Below, in pieces: positions 35,501 to 41,640 of a stretch of DNA of 41,640 nucleotides. A program made the position numbers and the translations under genes. The DNA is from Planctomycetota bacterium (GTDB lineage: Bacteria; Planctomycetota; B15-G4; JADJEK01): NCBI GenBank assembly GCA_044225365.1, contig JBGAIQ010000050.1, positions 1 through 41,640 on the forward strand, read 5' to 3'. The notes below the pieces were generated by a model that did not search any database, was not told the origin of the DNA, and worked only from the letters and a program-made list of their open reading frames with translations. Numbering within the stretch: position 1 is the stretch's first letter; each line of letters begins with the position of its first letter.

Positions 35501-35817
35501 TGCTCACACCCTTCGCGAACGACATCGAAGTGGATTCGCCGGGATTGCTCGCTGCCGACTTCATCCCGCAGGGGGTGGGCCACGTGTATCAGAGCGTGAA
35601 GGTCGAGTTCCAGGGTGCCGACGAATCGACGACGAATCCGGGACTGCCCGATCTTGCCACCGCGACGACCTTCGTCACGGACCCGACTCTCCTGAACGGC
35701 AAGCGTTTCTTGCGCTGGCAGGTCACGTTCGACATCGCGACGAACGATCTCTTCCCCGTCTCGCCGAGCACTCCGCGTCCTCAGGTGAACTTCCTGAGAG
35801 TGCCCTTCCGGTATTGA
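32545..35817 (+). CDS. Secreted glycine-rich surface protein, paralog 3 (1090 aa)
   Basis: GGGAG RBS and signal peptide (..ALA-G). Colinear with paralogs 1 and 2. Ends PRPQVNFLRVPFRY. Confidence 0.85.
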   Translation: MRISIVVAGFVCALVAREALAGNVVLKKVLFPNTLAGVTGPSTAPTSAPLSQPIVFVFSGAPAFPNSISTSIRITVDPSNGKGQPIGLPALGDFEVAGSTLIFRPRLPTGPVPDGFAPGTDIATDSSLPGLLPDTIYRIEVPQKTPNSITNLTGSDVVLPLAFTTKPAVAGPLLVPSLFSNAPSKAPKVAKAKLKPKAGTSGISPNLYTDPANLFSSIPPSKRPPFRLRFNGALDPQADNIASTRIRLRVTRDANGQPVDKVVATEVVLTSNSPDGATVLVYPMSILPLGCTLTLEVSNELRSLIGTMANDGAMPETFKKIADYHIATDPTVGQPIDDSIDETFDTVAHFDPSVAVTEGAQVAGWNANESHSLRASFGFGGDGALGRFEAPDIDITINIDTDFQALPLFSGATPDAAPGTAVKGGVFDFTTFHLPPNVTLRARGSNPLVITCTGECVIEGLIDLDGADGTSDDTFDSAIAPMPGGQAGAGGGKGGDGHPVQLPAGGDFNFMQSPPFGQSGFAPRTKENPHPTSGGGGGGQSGATQPWPFPNNQCSSPADQGDGSRGSGGGGGSFNSFLPNIGATSVNNVGPEPNGVYVSGRRGGVGIGNHLPVTFDGTKPIPGEPACYQAAPGNPTNAVARVNPNPTFAEAYNQGLIFDNPTALGLMNVAASNWAQTKKVTLAGAAGPFTFPDSDPTNNFIGPGGEIADVRGGQGGGGGGTRTEGLAQICKPIIFVALGLPFTVNDARGAGGGGGGGAIKIAALGKIEFKGSKARISARGANGGGSEETENGGRGGNGGGGAGGCIVLQSATQVLLNDPTLPSPYVLDVTAGCGKDALLLAVNPSLGLAGGEQRTLQVGDGGPGAPGLIQIHVPEGTTGSINTAKVGGDVNYSAFNMDCGAGAFDGMDPFPALVPFEKTPTPLTPQSIGRSTWYDLGLVTSEFRPLIGTSAGLLGGPLFGVPGAGPFFHGTDPLTGLVETDALGNVLTPFANDIEVDSPGLLAADFIPQGVGHVYQSVKVEFQGADESTTNPGLPDLATATTFVTDPTLLNGKRFLRWQVTFDIATNDLFPVSPSTPRPQVNFLRVPFRY

Positions 35818-35839
35818 GTTCGGGTTCCCGTTTCCGAGC

Positions 35840-36187
35840 TCAGGTCTGCTCGAGGTATTCCTTCAGCATCTTCCGCACCGAGCACGAGTCGTCCTCGGTG
35901 TCGCAACAGAGGATCACCTTCTTCCCGTTCATCGCGAGACGCTGCAGGTTGTCGGCGAGTTCGCGCTTGCCGGGCGTCGTGATCTCACCGATGTAGCGCG
36001 CCTGGAAGCCGGCCTTCGTGATCTTCGCCTTCTTGTAGTCGCGAAGCAGTTCGGGCGGGGCGCCGAGCTCCTTCACCCACAGATCGATCTCCTGTTTCGG
36101 GATGCCGCGCGGCCACTTCCGGGTCACGAGCACGCGCATGCCCTGATCCCGGGGCGGCAGGCTGTTGACGTGGGCGATCTCAAACAC
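35840..36187 (-). CDS. DUF488 (YeaO-like) family protein
   Basis: G.RVLVTRKWPRGIPK..IDLW.KELG.P.ELL..Y...F..RY..E. GTG start at 36187 after a purine-rich RBS is inferred. Confidence 0.85.
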   Translation of the reverse strand: MFEIAHVNSLPPRDQGMRVLVTRKWPRGIPKQEIDLWVKELGAPPELLRDYKKAKITKAGFQARYIGEITTPGKRELADNLQRLAMNGKKVILCCDTEDDSCSVRKMLKEYLEQT

Positions 36188-36343
36188 GAAGACGACCTCT
36201 TTTCCTCGATGGCGCAGCACATCGGATTCGATGTACCGGGGACCACACTCAGGGAATGCACAGGATATCTGGCGGGAACGCGCGAGCAACAACGGCTCGG
36301 CGCGTAGGGGCTTTCTCGGTGGAATCCCCAGAAAGTGCTGGAT

Positions 36344-38314
36344 TCAGGGTCGATCGAGTCCTGTGAACGCGCGCTCGAACGCCGCGCGATTCGCGGTCGG
36401 GATCAGGTCGAGGACGGCAAGGCCCGCCGGGATCGTGGTGGGGGGAGTGAGATACCGTTGGCGCGTTCCCCAAGCGAGACCTCGATAGAGCGCGTCCCGA
36501 TGCTCGGTGGGGATGAACTCGAGCTCCATCCACTGCTCGCGGAGATTCGCGTTGTAGGGTTCGAACACGGACCCGAGCTGGAATCCGAAGCCCTCGAGGA
36601 TCGGGGTGGCCGCGGCCCCGTCCTTCGCGCGCAGGATCCGAAGCAATCGCTTGTGGAAGTTCTCCTGCGAGGCGTTCGGGTCGACCATGCGCGGAGGTTC
36701 GATGCCGAGTCCGACGCCGCGGAAGAACCACGCCGAGAGATCGGGATCCATCGAATCGAGGGTTCCTCGCAGTTTGGGGTCGAGGATCTGATCGACTCGT
36801 CCCGCGAGGCGACGACCGCTGTCGACCGCCGCGTAGGGCCGCACGCGGGTGGGTACCTTCGTCCAGTCCTTTGCCTCCCGCGCGACGTTCGGATTGCCAT
36901 CGGCGGGCGGCGCGAAGGGGATCCGGAAGCGCAGCGGAGCGAACGTGGAATCGCCCCGATCGCAAGCCTGCAGGCACGCGAGGAGCGACTCGGGGCGCGA
37001 TCGCGTCGCGGGTTCGATCTGACCGATGAACCACTCGTAGCATTCGCCGCGCAGGGGCTCAGAATTCGCGGGCGTGAACCTCGCGATCGAGGGCAACGCG
37101 GCGATCGAGGGAGTCGAGAGCAGCAGCGCAACGAGAAGACCGCGAGCGGGGGAGGCCTCGAGCATTCCGATGCGTCCGATCCCGAGGCCCATGAGTGCGA
37201 GCGCCGAGAAGAAGACCGGTGCGAGATGGCGATTCGTGAGGCCGGCTGCGATCTCTTCCTGATGATGCGCATGCGACACCAGGTAGAGGAGAACGATGCC
37301 GACGATGTGCGTCGCGAAGAAGAGCGATAGGGGCGGCGAATGCGGTTCCCCTCGCAGGAGGGAGAAGACGAAGAGGCGAATCGCGGCGCCTTCGCGAAGG
37401 AGTGCGGCGAGCGCGAACGCGAAGCCGATCGACGCGAACACGAAGCCGATGGCGACGCCGTGATCGCTCGATACGTCACCGAATTCGAGGGCGTAGGCGT
37501 AGTCGTGCCGCACGAGGTCGACGAGCTTGCGGGGCGGCGGCGGGTTGTAGCCTTCGTCGTCCGGAGAGTTCGGCGCCGCCTCGTGCTTGCTGCCGAGACT
37601 TGCGAAGAGCAGGCCTCGGTTGCCTCCCGCGAAGATCCACGACGGCGCAGCGCACAATGCGATACCGAGCACGCAGAGGCCGATCGCGCGAGGTCCGCTG
37701 CGAAGGAGCGCGGGGGTGGCAAGGGCGAGCACGAGCAGGGCGGGAAGCAGGGCTTGGAGGTGGAAGAAGCCCGCTGCCCCGACGACGCAGCCGAGCCCGA
37801 AGGACTTCGATAGGCCGAAGCGCGTGGCACGGGCGACGATCGTGAGTGCGAGCACGAAGAACAGCATCGACTCGAGGTGACTGCCGAGGCCTACGACCGA
37901 GAGCTTGCACAGCATCGGGGGCGCGAACACGAAGAGCAACGTCGCCGCGATCGCTGCGGTTCGATTCACCGTTCGACGGAAGAGCAGGACGAGCATCGCG
38001 ATGCTCGCTGCGTTCCACAGGAGCGGCAAGAGCTTCATCACGAATGCGGAGGTGGGAAGCAGCGCGTAGAACGGTACGAGCAGCAACCCGAACAGCACGC
38101 CACCGCGGATGTGAGGGACGATCGGCAGGTGCGCCCAATCGAGCGGCACTCGATCGAGGATGGCGCGGGCGATCGTTCCTGAATGCACTTCGAAGGCGTA
38201 CCAGGTGTCCTGGTGCGCGATCAGCACTGGGAGACGCGCGAGGAGAACGAGGGTGAATGCGACGAGCGCAAAGCCGACGTGCGAGTTCCGTCGCGGTCCC
38301 TCAGCGTCGGTCAT
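36344..38314 (-). CDS. Polytopic membrane protein, probable GT-C fold glycosyltransferase with C-terminal soluble domain
   Basis: N-terminal TM, a loop containing an acidic residue (FEVHSG..A..IL), many further TM segments, RHLAP motif and a soluble C-terminal ~200 aa. Confidence 0.65.
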   Translation of the reverse strand: MTDAEGPRRNSHVGFALVAFTLVLLARLPVLIAHQDTWYAFEVHSGTIARAILDRVPLDWAHLPIVPHIRGGVLFGLLLVPFYALLPTSAFVMKLLPLLWNAASIAMLVLLFRRTVNRTAAIAATLLFVFAPPMLCKLSVVGLGSHLESMLFFVLALTIVARATRFGLSKSFGLGCVVGAAGFFHLQALLPALLVLALATPALLRSGPRAIGLCVLGIALCAAPSWIFAGGNRGLLFASLGSKHEAAPNSPDDEGYNPPPPRKLVDLVRHDYAYALEFGDVSSDHGVAIGFVFASIGFAFALAALLREGAAIRLFVFSLLRGEPHSPPLSLFFATHIVGIVLLYLVSHAHHQEEIAAGLTNRHLAPVFFSALALMGLGIGRIGMLEASPARGLLVALLLSTPSIAALPSIARFTPANSEPLRGECYEWFIGQIEPATRSRPESLLACLQACDRGDSTFAPLRFRIPFAPPADGNPNVAREAKDWTKVPTRVRPYAAVDSGRRLAGRVDQILDPKLRGTLDSMDPDLSAWFFRGVGLGIEPPRMVDPNASQENFHKRLLRILRAKDGAAATPILEGFGFQLGSVFEPYNANLREQWMELEFIPTEHRDALYRGLAWGTRQRYLTPPTTIPAGLAVLDLIPTANRAAFERAFTGLDRP

Positions 38315-39611
38315 GCGACCCGCCGTGCTTCGCTTCGTACATCGCCTGATCGGCGCAATGGACGAGATCTTCGGCGTCCGTCGCGTCCTGCGGATACACG
38401 GCGATTCCGATCGAGGGTCTCGCCCGCACGCGCTCGTTGCCGAGGGCGATCGGTTCCTTCATCGCATCGACGAGTTTCTCCGCGACGCGTTCGGCGTCGG
38501 CGGCCTGCTGGATCGACGGCAGGATGACGCAGAACTCGTCGCCGCCGAGCCGCGCCACCGTGTCACCGCGGCGGATTGCGCCGCGCAGGCGCTCTGCCAC
38601 GCCGCGCAGGAGATCGTCGCCCGCCCGATGCCCGAGCGTGTCGTTGATCGCCTTGAAGCCGTCGAGGTCGAGGTAGAGGAGGCCGAGCATCCTGCGCTTC
38701 TGCGCCGCGACGGCGATCTCGGCGTGCAGTCGCTCCCAGAACGAGGTGCGATTCGGCAGCTCGGTGAGCTCGTCGCGATACGCGAGGCGCTTGATCTCGG
38801 TCTCGTAGCGCTGACGATCCGAGACGTCGCGGAAGACGACGACGCTGCCGTCGATGACGCCGTCCGCGCCCTTGATGTACGAGTTCGTGGTTTCGATCGG
38901 GATGCGGCGACCGGTCCGCGACTTCAGGATCGCGAGTTTGCCGACGAAGAGCGATGGGCCCTCATCGGCGACACTGTCGTCGCGCACGCGACGGTCATTC
39001 TCGATCTGGAAGATGGCGGAGAGCGGTCGGCCGATCGCCTCCACGGCGGTGAACCCCGTGAGGTTCACGGCGGCGCGATTCAATCGGGTGATGTTCGACT
39101 TAGCGTCGATCGTGATCACGGCTTCGCGGATCGAGTCGAGAGTGGCGTCGGCGAGCAGGCTCGTCGTGAGGAGCGCCCGTTCGATGCGCGCGCGGCGCAA
39201 GCCGAGCGTCGCGGCGGCCCAGATGGAGAGGATCGCGGCCATCTCGTCGACGATGCGAACGCACCGTTCCGTCATTCCCATCGGGTTCTCGAACAGTCCG
39301 AGCAGGAGGGTTCCGACGGCGGCGATCGTGGCGATCATGGCGAGCGCGTAGGTGACCCTGCGATTGCCGGTGCGCGAGGCGATGAGGACCGGGATGCTGT
39401 AGAGCACCGTGACGGCGATCGCGCCCGGGGCGGGGAACTCGACGGCGAGCAAGGCAGCGCAGAGGAGGCTCGCGGTGACGAGCCGTCCACGCGACCATCG
39501 CGCGACGCGTTCGCTATCGCTCCCGGGTATCGAGGGGTGGGGGCTCGCGGTCCTCTCGGTCATGCTGCCCATGGAAGCGACCCGCGAAGGCGGAGTCGAG
39601 GGTGGAGTCAC
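38301..39611 (-). CDS. Membrane-bound PAS-GGDEF diguanylate cyclase (start may be ATG 39572 or 39563)
   Basis: About four TM helices, PAS (DSIREAVITID...NRAA..LTG), D.LT.LPNR, DLDGFKAINDTLGH.AGD, RRGD I-site and RLGGDEF active site. Confidence 0.93.
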   Translation of the reverse strand: MTPPSTPPSRVASMGSMTERTASPHPSIPGSDSERVARWSRGRLVTASLLCAALLAVEFPAPGAIAVTVLYSIPVLIASRTGNRRVTYALAMIATIAAVGTLLLGLFENPMGMTERCVRIVDEMAAILSIWAAATLGLRRARIERALLTTSLLADATLDSIREAVITIDAKSNITRLNRAAVNLTGFTAVEAIGRPLSAIFQIENDRRVRDDSVADEGPSLFVGKLAILKSRTGRRIPIETTNSYIKGADGVIDGSVVVFRDVSDRQRYETEIKRLAYRDELTELPNRTSFWERLHAEIAVAAQKRRMLGLLYLDLDGFKAINDTLGHRAGDDLLRGVAERLRGAIRRGDTVARLGGDEFCVILPSIQQAADAERVAEKLVDAMKEPIALGNERVRARPSIGIAVYPQDATDAEDLVHCADQAMYEAKHGGSHDRR

Positions 39612-39689
39612 CGCCGGTTTCGATGACCTCGTGGAGTTCTTCGACGAGGTCCTCTCGGTTTCGAAAGAGCGAAGCTACACTGGCGCGCG

Positions 39690-40583
39690 ATGACGACGCT
39701 CGTGAACCTCGACGGAGAGATCGTCTCGCCGCATGCGGCGAAGGTGTCCGTATTCGATCGCGGGTTCCTGTTCGGCGACAGCGTGTACGAGTCCCTTCGG
39801 ACCTACAACGGCGTGCCATTCCTGCTCGAGCGGCATCTGCAGCGTCTCCACCGCTCCGCCTCCCGACTCGCGATGGACATTCCGGGCAGCATCGACCGCG
39901 TGCGCACCGAGGTCGAGCGCCTCTTGAAGGTCCTCCCCGGGCAGGAGACCGCGTTTCGGATCATCGTCACTCGTGGTTCGAAGGATGGGGTGATCGACAT
40001 CGATCCCTTCACCGCGACGTCCGGCCTCCTCGTCGTCATCGGTCGCGAGACGCAGGGCTTCTCGCGCGAGCACTTCGAGCAGGGCGTCGACCTCGCCGTG
40101 GTGTCGGTCGTGCGCAATCGGCGCGACATGCAGGACCCGGCGGTGAAGAGCGGCAACTACCTGAACAACATGCTCGCGATCCAGGAGGCGAAGCGCCTCG
40201 GCGCGTTCGAGAGCGTCATGTTGAACTCGGAAGGGTTCCTCACCGAGTGCTCGACGTCGAACATCTTCCTCGTGAAGGACGGTGTCATCCGCACGCCCGC
40301 GCTCGATTGCGGCCTGCTCGACGGCGTCACCCGCGGCTGCCTGTTCGAACTCGCGACCCAGGCCGGGATCCGCTCCGAAGAAGCGAAGCTGCGCCGCGAG
40401 GATCTCGTCGCGGCCGATGAGGTGTTCCTCTCCAGCAGCTTCAAGGAAGTGATGGCCGTGCGTTCGGTCGACGGATCTCCCGTCGGTGCGGGCGCTCCGG
40501 GTCCGATAACGCGCCGCCTGCTCGATCTGTACCGGGCGCGCATCGTCAAGGAATGCGGTTCCCAGGCGGGTTCGAAGGGATGA
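39690..40583 (+). CDS. PLP-dependent class IV aminotransferase (IlvE/Dat/PabC family)
   Basis: DRGFLFGDSVYE, HLQRL..SA, catalytic Lys in VKSGNYL, ECSTSNIF, LDGVTR and ADEVFLSSS. Confidence 0.93.
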   Translation: MTTLVNLDGEIVSPHAAKVSVFDRGFLFGDSVYESLRTYNGVPFLLERHLQRLHRSASRLAMDIPGSIDRVRTEVERLLKVLPGQETAFRIIVTRGSKDGVIDIDPFTATSGLLVVIGRETQGFSREHFEQGVDLAVVSVVRNRRDMQDPAVKSGNYLNNMLAIQEAKRLGAFESVMLNSEGFLTECSTSNIFLVKDGVIRTPALDCGLLDGVTRGCLFELATQAGIRSEEAKLRREDLVAADEVFLSSSFKEVMAVRSVDGSPVGAGAPGPITRRLLDLYRARIVKECGSQAGSKG

Positions 40584-40587
40584 TCGA

Positions 40588-41469
40588 ATGAGCGAACACG
40601 AAGAAGGCGGCAGCAAGCGAAAGGCCTTCCAGGCGGCGATCGCGGAGATCACGCGCGAAACCCGCGACACGGTGACGCTTCATCTCTTCGTCGGCGAAGA
40701 GAATCGAAAGTACGTCGCCGGGCAATTCCTGACGATCGATCCTCATCAATTCCTCGCGCTTCACTCGCTCCTCGAGTACCTCGAGCACGAGAAGAAGATG
40801 AAGGAGCCGCCGCGCGCCTACTCGATGGCGTCGGCGCCCCACGATCCTTTCGTATCGATCACGGTCAAGATCGACGGCTACAAGGCGGGCCGCGACAAGT
40901 ATCCGCCGCTCCTCTCGCCGTACCTCGTCGACGGTTGCCGCGTCGGGCAGACGATGGAGGTGAAGGGGTACATGGGCGCGTACGTCCTCGACGACACGCT
41001 GCCCGGCGACGCGCACATCGTGCACCTCTGCGCGGGCTCCGGCATCGTGCCGAACATGAGCATGATCCGTGACGCGTTGAAGCGCGATCTTCCGTACCGT
41101 CACACGCTCGTCTACGGCAATCGAACGTACGACGACATCATCTTCCGCAGCGCTCTCGACGAACTGGTACATCGGCATCAGGACAAGCTCCAGGTCGTCT
41201 ACGCCTTGTCCGCCGAACCCAATCCGGAACGCTGCGGCAATCGCGAGTTCTACCGGGGTCGCGTCGACGGCAAGCTGCTGGAGCGCCATCTCGGCGACCG
41301 CGAGAAGATTCGCGTCTACATGTGCGGCCCCGCAATCACTCGCTGGGAGCGCCAGCGCGCGAAGGCCGAGGGCATCGAGGCTCCCCCTCGCTTCATCGAA
41401 ACGATGCTCGCCGAACTCGACCGCCTCAACGTCCCGAAGGACCGCATCGAGAAGGAAGCCTTCGGCTGA
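40588..41469 (+). CDS. FNR-like FAD/NAD(P)-binding oxidoreductase (no Fe-S domain)
   Basis: GQFLT, RAYSMAS (FAD motif), GAYVL, AGSGIVP, YMCGP and terminal EAFG. Confidence 0.88.
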   Translation: MSEHEEGGSKRKAFQAAIAEITRETRDTVTLHLFVGEENRKYVAGQFLTIDPHQFLALHSLLEYLEHEKKMKEPPRAYSMASAPHDPFVSITVKIDGYKAGRDKYPPLLSPYLVDGCRVGQTMEVKGYMGAYVLDDTLPGDAHIVHLCAGSGIVPNMSMIRDALKRDLPYRHTLVYGNRTYDDIIFRSALDELVHRHQDKLQVVYALSAEPNPERCGNREFYRGRVDGKLLERHLGDREKIRVYMCGPAITRWERQRAKAEGIEAPPRFIETMLAELDRLNVPKDRIEKEAFG

Positions 41470-41482
41470 CCCCGCTTCACCC

Positions 41483-41640
41483 GGCGGTTACGGATCGCAG
41501 CCGCCGCCGCCAACTCGGCGAAACCGGCGGTTACGGATCGCAGCCGCCGCCGCCAAACCGGCGAACTTGGCGGTTACGGATCGCAGCCGCCGCCGCCAAA
41601 CCGGCGAACTTGGCGGTTACGGATCGCAGCCGCCGCCGCC
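41483..41640. repeat. 43-bp tandem repeat, at least 3.7 copies, running off the window end
   Basis: Units start at 41483, 41526, 41569 and 41612. Constant 31-mer ggcggttacggatcgcagccgccgccgccaa plus a 12-nt linker (ctcggcgaaacc, accggcgaactt, accggcgaactt). Confidence 0.95.

Noticed and set aside
25670-35817. Diversity-generating retroelement or invertase-driven shuffling of the paralogs
   Set aside because: No reverse transcriptase or recombinase is in the window. There is no near-identical TR/VR pair with adenine-specific differences, and all copies are same-strand with no inverted sites seen.
25670-35817. PE-PGRS, collagen-like or RTX annotation for the Gly-rich proteins
   Set aside because: No PE domain, no sustained Gly-X-Y periodicity and no GGxGxDxL nonapeptides.
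41483-41640. CRISPR array (31-nt palindromic repeat plus intervening sequence)
   Set aside because: The intervening segments are only 12 nt, related to each other, and two are identical. There is no leader and no cas gene in the window.

Overview
GC-rich (about two-thirds by eye), densely coding bacterial window. The style of its large secreted proteins suggests a Planctomycetota-like organism, which is an inference only. About 27 credible CDSs are present. Housekeeping and accessory genes include mqnB-like futalosine hydrolase, a GNAT, two GT-C/ArnT-like membrane glycosyltransferases, a beta-propeller phytase, an SDR, yigZ, ychJ, an ATE/Bpt-type aminoacyl-tRNA-protein transferase, an M1 aminopeptidase, a rhomboid, mltA, fabI, DUF488, a PAS-GGDEF cyclase, a class IV aminotransferase and an FNR-like reductase. 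Several very large exported proteins are also encoded. The most striking element is a 10-kb tandem array of three ~1090-aa secreted paralogs (25670-35817) with Ig-like N-termini, a polyglycine-rich core and a conserved aromatic-ending C-terminus. The array shows a mosaic similarity pattern, has a sigma54-like promoter upstream, and is met convergently by a diguanylate cyclase / GT-C / DUF488 unit. Both window ends carry repeat or hairpin DNA: a REP-like cluster on the left and a 43-bp tandem repeat on the right. No rRNA, tRNA, CRISPR array, transposase, integrase or reverse transcriptase was recognised. All family calls come from motif recognition by eye; no database searches were run.
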